A program made the position numbers and the translations under genes. Under the pieces are notes generated by a model. The model was not told where the DNA came from. It searched no databases and saw only the letters and a list, made by a program, of their open reading frames with translations. From NCBI RefSeq assembly GCF_006345805.1, contig NC_042998.1:182962001-183026000 (forward strand): a stretch of DNA of 64,000 nucleotides, read 5' to 3'. The DNA comes from Octopus sinensis. Lineage: Eukaryota. Shown here in pieces: positions 39,968-53,770 of the stretch. Positions within the stretch are counted from its first letter, which is position 1. Each line of letters starts with the position of its first letter.

Positions 39968-42427
39968 GTGAGCACATTCTCACATGCACAATCACACTCT
40001 TATATGCAAGCACACAAACATGCTTATCATATGCTACATTCACTAAATTCCTTGAAAATAATGTTTTATGTTAGCATTTAGCAGGGATTTCAATTTCCAA
40101 AATTACCCTCACATACTATCATTGTTAACACTTTACAAACTTTAATAATATGCAACTTAAATATATATCCTGTATTTGATATCAACATGAATATCCTTAA
40201 TTTTAAGAATCTGTGGTTCAAATTAGCATTAAAATATTTATATATTTTAAAATAACATTAAGGAACATAAACATTATCTAAAGTATAAGACCCTTTTCTC
40301 TGAAAATAAAATAATTTGATCTGTAATTGTACAATTTCTGTATTGGAATTATGATACTCTGTTTGGTGCCTTGGACAAAACCTCAATCGTTTTTTGCCTA
40401 TAGACCCCTTGAACCCTTATTCTATTCCTACTGGACCTCCATAGCCATTTAATGTTTTAAAAAATCTTATTATATTTTTATAATTAAATATTATTAAGAA
40501 TTGTATGAAAAAAATTCTTAAAGTATTTTATGCATTGCAAACTGATTTATTGCACATAATTATCAATTAAATCTGTTATGGATCCCCAAGGGTCATGTGA
40601 ACCCTGAGTTAAGAACCACTGGTCTGGATTAATAAACTCATTACAGGATTATAATTAATTATCCCCCCCACATAAAAATAATCTTCGACTATTAATTTTT
40701 TCATAAGTTAAATTTCCCAAACAAAATAAGCCTGAAGAACATAGCCCATGACAAACCATTATCAAAATAGCCCCTTCTCAACCAATAATAAATCCCCTAA
40801 TTATCCCTGCTAACATTACCCCCATATGACCAATAGAAGAATAAGCAATTAATCTTTTTATATCCCTCTGACCAACACAAATAGCAGAAGTTAATATGAG
40901 CAGAAAAGCTATGTAGTTAAGAAATTTGCTTTGCAATCATGTTTCAAGGATTGGTCCCACAATTTGGTACCTTGAGCAAATCACTTTCCTGAAGCTTTGC
41001 ATTGACCAATACCTTGTGAGTTAGATTTGGTCAGCAGAAAATATGCACAAATTCAGTGTGTGTGTGTGTGTGTGCATAGATCAGATAGACTTTGTTAAAG
41101 CAGATTTTCTACAGCCAGATGCTCTTCTTGCTACAAACCCTCACCTATTTAGGTAATATCTGTGTGTGTGTGTGTTTCCTTATCTTGATCTTATATGATT
41201 GTTGAAATGAAAATCAACTGTCATACAAGCAATGTCATTCATTTCCATTCTTTTGTAAAAGCATGTCTGGCCATGGAAATATATTACCTTGCTTGGAAAT
41301 AAGTCAGAGTTTGCAACAGGATGGGTATCCAAGCATAAAAAAAGAATCAACCTCAACAAATTCACTGTATACAATAATTTCATTATTATTATTATTTCAT
41401 TATTTAAAATAAAAAACAATATTTAGACAGAGAGAGAAAGCGAGACATACATACATACATACAAACATGGATGGATGGATGGATCTTTTACTTGTGTTCA
41501 TTGATGGAAGATGTAAACCTAAATAAAAAAACTGAAAACCAAGTCATTTTTAAATGAAATCTCTTGTGATGCTTAAGCTCCAATCTCTCTTTCTTTCTCT
41601 TTCTCTCTCTCTCTCTCTCTCCCTCTTTCACTCACTCTGTCTCACTCTCTCATCCCACCTGCCATCAGAAATGCTAAGAACCAATAATTGTACCATTGGA
41701 AATCTTTAACAATTCTACTGTTCACCAATTACGATGTAAAAGTAAACAAATAACAGCAAAGGATTTACACAGAACAATTGGTGAGATTGATACAGTTGAT
41801 TTTCAATATGAACATCTGTATGTTGCTGTCAGCAAGAAAACATGGTTAGGGAGGAGATTCCAAAGAACTGAGATGATTCTGTAAAAGGAATGAATGTGTG
41901 TGTGTTGTAGTTAGTACAAAGCCTGGCAGGTGGTGGTAGTGGAGTGACTGTTTGTTTGATGAGAGGAGGAGAAACTAGTGTGTCATCTGGGCTTGGTTGA
42001 AGATAGTTAATTGGGTGTGAAATGAAGAAGTTCATACGTTCACTACATGCAAGAGAGTTGAGAATTTATTCAGGCATAGGTAACTGTTTAGAAACATGAC
42101 AAAAATAGATGGTACACTCTGGGAATGCTGCAAGATGATAGTTGATAATACACTAGGCAGAGACGGGCAAAGAAAGACGGGTGAGTGTGGAGCTAGATGA
42201 GTAAGTTTGGCCTATCAAGATGAAAAACTGAGAATGGGATGTTAGTCATAAAGATGTTGTTGTAGTTAGAATGTCCCAGTCAGTGCTGCTCAAACAAAAC
42301 TATAGCCACAAAAATAACCAATCAAATAAAACTGACATTTGTAGGTATGCCATCCTGAGATTTAAAAATCGAAATATATGGTTTCCGATTTAAAGACTGC
42401 ACGGTTAATACTCACTTGCAGTTTGTT

Positions 42428-42656
42428 CTTTTATTCTTTTACTTGTTTCAGTCATTGAACTGTAGCCATGCTGGAGCACCACCTCAAAGGATTTTAGTCA
42501 AACAAATTGACCCCCAGGACTTATTTTTAAGCCTAGTACTTATTCTATCAGTCTCTTTTACCAAACTGTGAAATTACAAGGATGTAAATGCACCAACACC
42601 GGTTGTCAAGCAGTGATGGAGTGACAAACACAGACACAAAGACACAGACACACACA

Positions 42657-42711
<55 letters not shown>

Positions 42712-43099
42712 TTATATAATATGAGGGAATATTATTCAAAACTTACAGGGAAAAATTCAATTTAGAAATACTAAATCAAATTTCACAAAATATAATATAT
42801 ATATAAATTAGAAAAAAAAACACCTTTTATCAATTCAATAATGAAAAATTAAATTATACCATCTAGGAAAATTACATCTTATAGAAAGATTAAATATATG
42901 ATAAAACACATAACAATGATTAAGTAATGTGCAAAATGATAAATAAAACGTTTATATATGTTTTATTTATCATTTTGCACATTACTTAATCATTGTTATG
43001 TTTTTTATCGTATATTTAATCTTTCTATAAGATGTAAAGTTTCTAAATGGTATAATTCAATTTTTCATTATTGAATTGATAAAAGGTGATTTTTTTCTA

Positions 43100-43142
<43 letters not shown>

Positions 43143-43310
43143 TATACGAAAGGCTTCTTTCAGTTTCTGTCTACAAAATCCACACACAAGACTTTGGCCA
43201 GTCCAAAGCTATAGTAAAAGACACTTGCCCAATGTGCCATGCAGTGGGAGTGAACCTGGAACCATGTGGTTGGGAAGCAAGCTTCTTACCACACAGCCAT
43301 GCCTGCCCCT
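42428..43310 (-). mobile_element. SINE family B interrupted by a palindromic element
   Basis: 3' half at 42428-42710, 5' half at 43100-43310. Confidence 0.7.
42719..43105. repeat. Palindromic element family P2
   Basis: ~150-bp arms centred near 42955, with a one-sided extension. Confidence 0.85.
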
Positions 43311-43585
43311 ATCCGCAACTTCTTAGTATTATTTTAACATTAAAAAGCCATTGAGTTGGCAGGATTATTAGAGAATCAGAAGGGATGCTTTACAGAATTT
43401 CTTCTGAATGGCTACATTCTGATTTCAGTTTCTGCTGAGGTCAACTTTGCCTTTCATTCTTTCTGGGTCGATAAAATAATTACTAGTTAAACAATGAAGT
43501 TGATGTAATTGACTAACTTGGTTTCCCCAAAATTTTAATGAGTTATTTTAACACTAAATAAAAAAAAGAAACTAAAAACATTGAC

Positions 43586-43752
43586 AAGGCGCAGGAGTGG
43601 CTGTGTGGTAAGTAGCTTGCTTACCAACCACATGGTTCCGGGTTCAGTCCCACTGCGTGGCATCTTGGGCAAGTGTCTTCTGCTATAGCCTCAGGCTGAC
43701 CAATGCCTTGTGAGTGAATTTGGAAGACGGAAACTGAAAGAAGCCTGTCGTA

Positions 43753-43807
<55 letters not shown>

Positions 43808-44050
43808 GTGTGTGTATATGTTTGTGTGTCTGTGTTTGTCCTCCTAGCATTGCTTGACAACCGATGCTGGTGTGTTTACATCCCCGTCACTTAGTGGTTC
43901 GGCAAAAGAGACCGATAGAATAAGTACTGGGCTTACAAAGAATAAGTCCTGGGGTCGATTTGCTCGACTAAAGTCGGTGCTCCAGCATGGCTGCAGTCAA
44001 ATGACTGAAACAAGTAAAAGAGTAAAGAGTAAGCATGGCTGTGTAGTAAG
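43586..44050 (+). mobile_element. SINE family B, full length
   Basis: Head to gagtaaaagag tail; a second degenerate copy follows at 44030-44420. Confidence 0.82.
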
Positions 44051-44166
44051 ACGTTTACTTCCCAACTGCATGGTTTGGGGTTCAGTCTCACTATTTGACA
44101 CTCTGGGTAAGTCTTCTACAATAGCACTGGGTCTGGATTTGATAGACGGAAAATGAAAGAAGCCTG

Positions 44167-44216
<50 letters not shown>

Positions 44217-44853
44217 GTGCATGACTTTTATATTTGTGTTTGTCCCCAGCACTGCTTGACAACCAGTGTTGGTTTGTTTATATCCCCATAACTTTGCAGT
44301 TCAGCAAAAAGAGACTGACAGAATAAATACAAGGCTTAAAAATAAGTGCTGGGGTTCATATGTTTGACTAAACGCTTTCAGGCAGTGCCACTGCATGGCC
44401 GCAGTACAATAACTGAACCAAGCAAAAAATAAAAGAGTATATGATGGATGAGTAGGTGGGGAAAGAAAATTCTTTCTATTTGAATGAAATATTCGTGAAA
44501 ATATAGATATGAATCAGTTTTATATTAAATATCATATGTTTTATTTCATATGATATTTCTGTTTTGAAAAAGCTTCCCAGCAAACTGAAAAATTCAAAAT
44601 ATAAGGAATTCAAACAATTTTCAGCATCAATCATTAAAAATAAATTGCTTAGATAAGCAAAACAGATTACCAGTTTTATATCTAACTCAAAAGATAAGTG
44701 AGATAAATATTTATGATATTTTATGAAACTCCATTTTGTCAAGATTAACAATTTCATAACATCTCAAGATATAAACTATGAGAAATTGATATGTTTTTAT
44801 ATTCTATTGTAATAGAACTTAATTGCTATTTATTTATTCTTTAAATATCCTAG

Positions 44854-44945
44854 GGTATATTTACAAGCTTTATTCCTGAAATCGCTGAGATTATTGGCCG
44901 GAGACAGAAGTATGGCGGAACATATAAGAAAGAAAGGGGCAAAAA
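44854..44945 (+). CDS. KCNMA1: Slo/BK exon, end of S6 and S6-RCK1 linker ([30 protein letters not shown])
   Basis: atatcctag acceptor, AA|gtaaga donor; 92 nt, phase 0 to 2; PEIxE and KYGG motifs of Slo1. Confidence 0.95.
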
Positions 44946-45639
44946 GTAAGAAATATATCTTCTATTACTTTTCATAAAGAAACTAAATGTTTTGTTTATA
45001 TATATATATGTATAAAAAAAGAACATTTACCCAAAATTTCTGCATCTTTTTTAATGTTTCAGTAACTTATTGGACCAATTTGCCTTGAATAGTTATGCCT
45101 TTTCCATATGTGTATGTGTGTGTGTCCAAATGTGTGTGTGTATATGCCCATGTATGTTTGCATGTGATCGTGTGTTGATGTGTGTGCCTGTGTTTGTGTG
45201 TGTGTCCCTGTGTTCATGTGTGTGTAGGGCTGTGAATTGATAGTGTCATTAGAGCATCCTACAAAATGCATCATGGAATTTGTCTTGACACTTTGCACAC
45301 TTCCAGTCAAATCCTACCAGTATCGACATTGCCTTAAATCCTTTTGTGATCACTAAAAAAAAAATGTACCAATACCAATCTGACAGAACTGTAAGAAAGT
45401 CAAACTAAATGTCTTCTGGTATTTGTTCCACTTCTTTGCATTCTGAGTTCAAATCCCACCAAGGCATACTTGAATGATAACCTTAACCTGTCACCTAACT
45501 TAACACCACCACCTGTCACCTTAGATGCCTTTAGCAGAGTCCTCTTTGTTGCAAGAATTCATACCAGGTCTTCAGTCCCTTCCCATTACAGCATGAAACA
45601 TGAATGTTGAGTAGTGATGGTGGTAGTGGTGGTGGTGCA

Positions 45640-46000
45640 GCAGTAATTCTACTATATGGCTCAGAAACCTGGACATTATCAAAGAAGCTTGAGAGGCAGT
45701 TGGATGGAAATCTCTCGTGGAAGCATCATCCAGCCAAAGTACAAATATATGGGAAATTACCACCTGTATCATCTCTTGTGAAAAGTAGAAGAGTCCAGTT
45801 TGCTGGACATTGTTGTAGAGCTGAAAACGAGGTAATTTCTACTCTTCTCCTCTGGAAGCCATCTGCTCGCGATACCAGAGGGCGCACACTCTCCTACCCT
45901 GATGTAATCTCCAGGGATTCAGGCATCCAGCAACAGGACCTCCGTGAAGTCTGGCGTAACATAGTAAATTACATTGTGTCGACCACAGTCGAACAATGAA
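45640..46000 (+). mobile_element. RTE/RTE-X LINE ORF2 C-terminal fragment
   Basis: ILLYGSETWTLSKKLERQLDG..RRVQFAGHCCR..LLLWKP. Confidence 0.8.
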
Positions 46001-46946
46001 TGATGAATGCAGCAGTAAGCAAAGGATTTGTATTCAAGAAAGTGTTTCCATTAGCTAAGAAATGAAATATTTCACTATCTGTATTTGTTTTGTTAGAGGA
46101 CAAGACTGAGTATTCATATCCTATGTCCCATTTGAAGGCACAATTCTTGAAAGCTCAGCTGATAAATAAGTTGTGTTGAGAGACACATTTACCACTGTGA
46201 GCATTTTTGTTGGTATTGTTTAGTCCCAAATCAGCCCTGATCATTCAGATCTGTGATCAAAGACAGTGAAGCCATGACCACCTCATATATTTTTCATCAT
46301 CATCATCGTTTACCATCCGTTTTCCATGCTAGCATGGGTTGGACAATTCGACCGGGGTCTGGGAGGCCAGGAGGCTGCACCAGGCTCCAGTCTGATCTGG
46401 CAGTGTTTCTACAGCTGGATGCCCTTCCTAACACCAACCACTCCATGAGTGTAGTGGGTGCTTTTTACATGCCACCGGCACAGGGGCCACAAGAGGCTAG
46501 CAAACGACCACGATTGGTTGGTGCTTTTACATGTCACCGACACGGATGCCAGTCAGGAGGTGATGGCATCTGCCACGTTCGGACAGTGCTTTTTACGTGT
46601 CACCGACACAACCCAGATTACAATGTATTCATTCATTTTTTAAAGATTATATTGTGTGTGTGTATGATTTAAGAGGCATTTGGTTACTTCTTCTAGCATA
46701 TCAGATGACCATGTATATAGCAGTTTCCTGGTTAGCATGTGTAAACATTGTGTAACTGGCAAGTTGTTAGCCTGCAGCATTGGTCTAATGAAGAGAGAAT
46801 AGATGCCATCAATAGTAATGCTAACCAATGCTTAACCAAATCCAAACTTCAATAATTCTTCTCATAGTTACAGGCAAAAATGTAACAATCAATTGTTTTA
46901 CTGAAAAGTTAAGTTTATAACTTTATGAGATTTTCTTTTTCTGTAG

Positions 46947-46965
46947 AGGAAAGTAGATTAGAGCA
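46947..46965 (+). other. Candidate micro-exon
   Basis: ttttctttttctgtag|AGGAAAGTAGATTAGAGCA|gtaagt. Confidence 0.2.
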
Positions 46966-47157
46966 GTAAGTGAAAAAAAATGAGAATTAGTCAAATAGGT
47001 GCAGGCATGGCTGTGTGGTAAAAAGCTTGCTTCTCACCCACATGATCCTGGTTTCAGTCCCACTCTATGGCACCTTGGGCAAGTGTTTTCTACTATAGCC
47101 TCAGGCTATCCAAATCCTTGTGAGTGGATTTGGTAGGCAGAAACTGAAAAAGCCCAT

Positions 47158-47246
<89 letters not shown>

Positions 47247-50199
47247 CTATGTGTGTGTCTTTCTGTCTGTGTTTATCTCACCACCACCACTTGACAAACA
47301 GTACTGGTGTGTTTGCATCCCCCATAACTTAGTGGTTCAGCAAAAGAGACTGATATAATAACTACCGGGCTTAAAAATAAATATTGGGATCGATTCATTC
47401 AACTAAAAATTCAAGGTAGTGCCCCAGCCTGACCACAGTCTAATGAGTGGAACAAGTAAAAGATATAATAAGATAAAGAAACCTACACAATATTTATTTT
47501 TTTCTAATCATATTTGATCTCAAAAATATTGAACTATAAGTTAGAATATTTCAAGTTCTTTGAGAGATAAAAGTGGTTGTTACAGCAACAGTATCGATGT
47601 GTCATACCTAAATTTTGAGTTTGAGATTATATTTGTATATATTTGTATATATTGTATGTTCTGACAAGCAGACGTTGTGTGGGTTACATCTGTTTTGGTA
47701 TAACCAATGTTTGACTACAAGATTATCTCATAGTTATCAGGCTTAGTTATATTTATATTTTTATTTTATTAATCAAATCTAAGTAAAGTGGCAATAATCA
47801 TATTATTTTTAGCCTCATCTAGATTGAATTTCTCTCACTAGCATAATTAGTTTTAAAAGAGGAACAATTCACATTGAAACTTCAAAACTTCTTAAGGCAA
47901 CTGGAAATCCCATTTTTATGTTTTATTTTTGTTTTTGTTCTTTTTAATAGCACAGTCAGGGGAGGAAAAACAGTACCCATGCCACTTTTTAGCCCATATG
48001 AGGCTGGTGGGAAAGAAAGGCAGATGTTGTCCTCAGACTGAGACATGGCTCAAATGCTTGCAACAGAATGGGCTATTCTAAAGGCACCTAAGGCTCAGAT
48101 GGTGGTATTGAATTGGAAAACAGATTGTACCTAGCACCTAAGGACTAGAATGATCCCTTTAACAGGCTTCCATATATATTTCTGACAACCAAATTTCAGT
48201 CACAGAGTACCGTAATTGACAACATAAAAGATGCATGAGTCTGTTAGACAAGCCCTAATTTCAGCAATGCATATTCAGGAAAATGTTTTAGTTCATTAAA
48301 GCTTACAGGAGGCCCAGATGATTTTTCTGAGATATTTTTGGGGGAAAGAAGTGCATATTATATGCCATCAAACACAGTATTTAACTATTCTAGGCTAGGA
48401 TAAAAGACCTTTGTCTAATGATTTGTGCTGTGTGATTGAACCTGGTGTTTTATGTTGTTGCAAAAGAAAACTTGTTAGCCACACAGCCATGCTTGCATTC
48501 AGTTGTCATGGCAGCCTCAGTTTGTTGTAATTTATCCAAAGTGGTTAGAGAACCAAATTCCAAGTTTGATTCTACTGAAACAACAAACAGTGCAACTATT
48601 TTGTTGTAAACATGTGTTTTGTATTTGCCTGACAATAATAAAGAGGTTAAAGATTTTTAAAATGGCTTTGAATGAAAGAATGGAAAGAAACATGGTGACA
48701 CTTTGGCTTCTACTCTATATTAATGAAAAGATACTTTAAAAGATTGAATTTAGTTAAATTAATCTGAGTTTATCCTCAGATTCTACAATGAATATATTTA
48801 CATTCATAAAAAATCCAAGTGTGCAAAAAGACAAAAAATATATCATAAAAAGTAAATACAAGACCATCTGGCACCCATTTTGTTTTTTGTTTTGTATGCT
48901 GTTTGTATCTACTAACTTCAATTTGCTTTGTTTATATATAGATATTTTATAAAGATTTCACATTAAAATAAGAGCATTTTTTCTTTCATAATTTGTAATT
49001 GCTGGGAGAAGAAAAAATTGTTTCCTCTTCTTCACCTACTAAAATCAGTGTATATAATTTAATATATATAAAGTCAGTAAATATTATATGTTATTTGTTT
49101 GAAGAGCAATCTTTTGATATTATCTCTAATCCCCAGCTTAAAATTGCTAATGCATTGATTTATCTTAGGAAAAGTAAAAGGCAGGATTCTGTGTGAATTC
49201 TTTGGGTTAAGAGTTCAAACTATTAGAAATATATAGTGTAAATATCTGGGTAACTGAAGGCAATTTTTAAAAATTAGCCTGCTGTGAAGCAGCTAAATAT
49301 ACTCTAGAATGAACGGATGATCTAAAATAAAACCCAGAATTAGGTAGAGTACATTTGACTTGCTTATTATTTATGGTTCAATCTATATCATCTCTGATGA
49401 ATTTAATTCTTGCAAGATGGTTTCCTCAGTTGAAAACAACCATTTAGAATTTATGTAGCGTGAACGAATAAAAGAATGAAAACACAGGATGGAGAATTAT
49501 TATGATATAAGTGATAAAAGTTCTCCTTGCTTTTTTTCAATTTGCAGCAACCATAATGAAATATATTTAGTTTATTAATCAAATCGAAGTATAGAGGCAA
49601 TAATCATATTATTTTTAGCCTCATCTAGATTGAATTTCTCTCACTAGCATAACTAGTTTCAAAAGAGGAACAATTCACAGAGTATTTTAGGCTTTCTTTG
49701 GTAGTCATGGTGATGGAATCCTGTTATTTGACGATGAGGATTCAGTTGTTCAGCCAACTGCATTTATGTTCTTGAAGTGGCTGAGTATATCATAGGTGTA
49801 TGTACCCTTAATGTAATGTTCTGGCAGAATCAGCATGGCTGCAGCCTGTGACAAAGTAGACCATTTGAAATATAAATACAGTTTCCATCAACCCTGGGCT
49901 TTTATACAGTTTCCATAAATCCACTTTCATTCACTAGTTATGGCTATAGAAAATAGCTTTTTCTAAAACTTGAAGCTATAGAAAATGATATACAGCATCG
50001 ACTTAACACACTAACATATTAAGAGAAAGTGGAGCAATAAACATTATACTTTTTAGGTCCTCTTAGAAAGAACCTGAAACACACTGAGCTAACTAATAGT
50101 TGGTGCATCTAATGTTCAGCTTAAATCATTGTAGGTTTGTGTTTATAAGAAATTACAGACAAGAAGGGAATTTTAGGAAGGTATAGTTCTGGGAATGAA

Positions 50200-50615
50200 A
50201 GGCGGCAAGCTGGCAGAAACATTAGCACACCGGGCGAAATGCTTAGCAGTATTTTGTCTGCCACTACCTTCTGAGTTCAAATTCCACCGAGGTCGACTTT
50301 GCCTTTCATCCTTTCAGGGTTGATTAAATAAGTACCTGTTACGCACTGGGGTCAATATAATTGACTTAATCCGTTTGTCTGTCCTTGTTTGTACTCTCTG
50401 TGTTTAGCCCCTTGTGAGTAGTAAAGAAATAGGTATTTCGTCTGCCATTATGTTCTGAGTTCAAATTCCACCAAGGTCGACTTTGCCTTTCATCCTTTCG
50501 GGGTTGATTAAATAAGTACCAGTTACGCACTGGGGTCGATATAATTGACTTAATCCATTTGTCTGTCCTTGTTTGTCCTCTCTGTGTTTAGCCCCTTTGG
50601 GTATTAAAGAAATAA
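50200..50615 (+). mobile_element. SINE family C with duplicated body
   Basis: Same two-body structure as 34859-35260. Confidence 0.78.
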
Positions 50616-51399
50616 GTATAGTTCTGGGAAAGAATGATAAACTAAATTTTTTAGTTGATAAAAATGAAATTTTATTTCCCATCATGTAATCCTGGAAGAA
50701 ATCACCTTCTAAGTGGAACTCTATAAACAAGTGCATACTCAGCAAACAATAACAAGAAGAACAATTCTGTGACCATCACTTACAATCAAACAGGACTGGG
50801 GATCAACATGCCTTATGCCTTTCATTAGTGTTTTTAGGTGTCCATGTAGTTACAGACATTGACACCTTGTTGACCCTCTCACCCTAGGGACCACAGAATA
50901 TTCAAGACCTCACAGCTAAAGGGAGAGAGATAATTGCACTCAACTGGTACTACATTTTATCAACCTCACGAATTGATCTTAATGGAATTTGAGCAAAGAA
51001 TATGAACAAACCTCCAAAACATTTTGTCCAACATTCTAAAAATTCTACCAATTCACTTCCCTAAATGATAATATTGCTAATCATTTCTAATTTAGGCACA
51101 AGGCCAGCATGGTTTGTTGATTACATCAACCTGCCTTGTGCCAGTACTAGACAGGTATTTTATTTTATCAATCCTGAAAGAATGAAATACAACATAGACT
51201 TCAACATGATTGGAACACAGAATGTCAAGGGCCAGATCAAATACCGCAAGAAATATTTCTTAAAATCTTACAACTCTATCACTCCACCACCCTCAATAAT
51301 AACAATAAAACATCCCTGTTAAATGATATAGTGCATAATAGTTACAATAATAATGATGATGATGATGATGATGATGATAATAATAATTATAATAATAAC

Positions 51400-51550
51400 C
51401 AAGTACTCTGAATTGAAAGTGGAAATGGCAAGACTGTATGGAATGTGAGAGGGTAACGTACCAGTGATACCAGTGGTGATCAGAGCATTGGGCTCAATCT
51501 CATTGAAACTTCAAGACTTCTTAAGGCAACTGGAAATCTCATGCAAGATT
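51400..51550 (+). mobile_element. Second RLE-LINE fragment
   Basis: YSELKVEMARL..VIPVVIRALGSISLKL, similar to 29780-29880. Confidence 0.6.
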
Positions 51551-51879
51551 GATGTCTTGCCATGTGTTGTGAGAAATTCTTTGGGGTTTCAATAATTCAC
51601 CTCTGGAAACATAGGTATTTTGTTCAACATCCTTAAACAAGTCTTATTCAGGGACCTTTTGAGTGGGATGGGCTACTCGACCTGAAGAAAATTCTAACTG
51701 GGCACCACTTGCAAGGTCATGTACTGTTTATCTTGATATGAGATCGCCATGTCACTCACATATGATTGTGATGCATGTTCCTGGTGTACCCTTATCAGAC
51801 AGGTAATCATGATGAGTATACTAGGCTTCGTATATTTTACCCCAATGTCATTTTGATGGCATACACTGCTCTCTCACTC

Positions 51880-51919
<40 letters not shown>

Positions 51920-52206
51920 TAATCCCAAAAACATTTTAATCTGTAAACAGTGTCAAAATACTTTTAAATGTACATAATAGCAAACACCTTCTACTGCATC
52001 AAACTATCCTCTTATAATATTACATTTAAAACAAACTTTTAATTTTCTTGTGTTTTCACACACATTCTCTAGAACAATATTTTGTGCAAAGCCAAAAATA
52101 TTGCACTCTAGCCATAACACCAACTTGAACTTCTAACTTGTTGTCTCTTTAGGTCTGTGGATGAGTCTTGGAGTCAACTTGTACAAATACAAAGCAAAAG
52201 CCAAGC

Positions 52207-52208
<2 letters not shown>

Positions 52209-52269
<61 letters not shown>

Positions 52270-52304
52270 TAATAATGATAATAATAATAATAATGATAAT
52301 AATA

Positions 52305-52335
<31 letters not shown>

Positions 52336-52362
52336 TAATAATAATGGTAATAATAATAATAA
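52209..52362. repeat. (AAT/GAT)n microsatellite
   Basis: Explains the poly-I/N/L ORFs; many other (TA)n, (CA)n, (CT)n and (TAA)n tracts occur across the window, e.g. 7325-7376, 13190-13265, 33104-33161, 47161-47245, 54740-54885. Confidence 0.95.
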
Positions 52363-52713
52363 TAGAGTCAAAATTAAAAGGAGTGCCATTGTTATCTAGT
52401 GAACGATATTTCGACATCTTGTGTGTCTTCTACTGGTTCAAAAAATAATTTGTCAATCTACTTCATTTTGGTTAATATAGAAAGGATTGAGGTAACTCCT
52501 CCAGAAGATATAGAGTCAAAATTAAAAGAAGAGCGCCATTGTTATCTAGTGAATGATATTTCAACATCTTGTATGTCTTCAACTGGTTCAAAAATAAATT
52601 TGTCAATCTACTTCATTTTGGTTTATATAAAAAGGACTGAGGTAACTCCTCCTGAAGATATAGTCAAAGGAGGAGTTACCTCAATTCTTTCTATATTAAC
52701 CAAAATGAAGTAG

Positions 52714-52716
<3 letters not shown>
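52363..52716. repeat. Tandem ~148-bp dimer plus an inverted 48-bp copy, embedded in (TAA)n
   Basis: Units 52363-52510 and 52511-52660; 52669-52716 is the reverse complement of the unit end. Confidence 0.85.
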
Positions 52717-52758
<42 letters not shown>

Positions 52759-53361
52759 TTCTCTACTAACCACTCAGGATTGGGCAAATGAATTTTGACC
52801 TTTTACTACAAATAATATTAACAGTAATAGTTTGATTTGCACTAAATGTAGTTCATAGAGAAAGCACTGAATCACTTCTTCAATTTCAAAAGATGTTAAT
52901 TTGGTGTAATTTATAAACTTGTATGCGTATATTCTTTTATATCTTTCTTCTCACACACACACACACACATATCATCATCATATACATATATATAGGATTG
53001 GCTTACATGTTTTGCACCTATTTATTAAAAATAAGGTCATAATGCAACTCAACAGTCTGCAAGATGAATGATAGATTTACCTAGATGCCATTTTCATTTT
53101 CTGTGAAACATTTAATTTAGTGTTAGGTTTTCATCAAAAAGATATTCGCATACCTTTACATTATATGCAAGTTGTATGCAAGTTTTTCACTGCATCTCAT
53201 ACAGAGCTATGTGTGCCACATGCAGTTTAGTATATGCAATTCTGTCTTTTGGATGTGTGGAAAACTGTTTCTGTTACACCTAATCTTTTAATCTTTTATC
53301 CTGTGTTATTTTTCGTTTCTTTCTGGTGATGCTCCTGTTCATTGCAAAAGCATTACTCTTT

Positions 53362-53770
53362 ATTCTTTCACTTGTTTCAGTCATTTGACTGTGGCCATGC
53401 TGGAGCACCACCTTTTAGTCGAGCAAATCGACCCCAGGACTTATTCTTTGTAAGCCTAGTACTTAGTCTATCGGTCCCTTTTGCCGAACCACTAAGTTAC
53501 GGGGACGTAAACACACCAGCATTGGTTGTCAAGCGATGTTGGGGGGACAAACACAGACACACAAACATATACACATATACATACATATATATATATATAC
53601 ATATATACAACGGGCTTCTTTCAGTTTCCGCCTACCAAATCCGCTCACAAGGCTTTGGTTGGCCCGAGGCTATAGTAGAAGACATTTGCTCAAGGTACCA
53701 CGCAGTGGGACTGAACCCGGAGAACCATGTGGTTCGTAAGCAAGCTACTTACCACACAGCCACTCCTACG
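53362..53770 (-). mobile_element. SINE family B
   Basis: Full-length reverse copy; others at 46998-47470 and 57085-57432. Confidence 0.82.
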
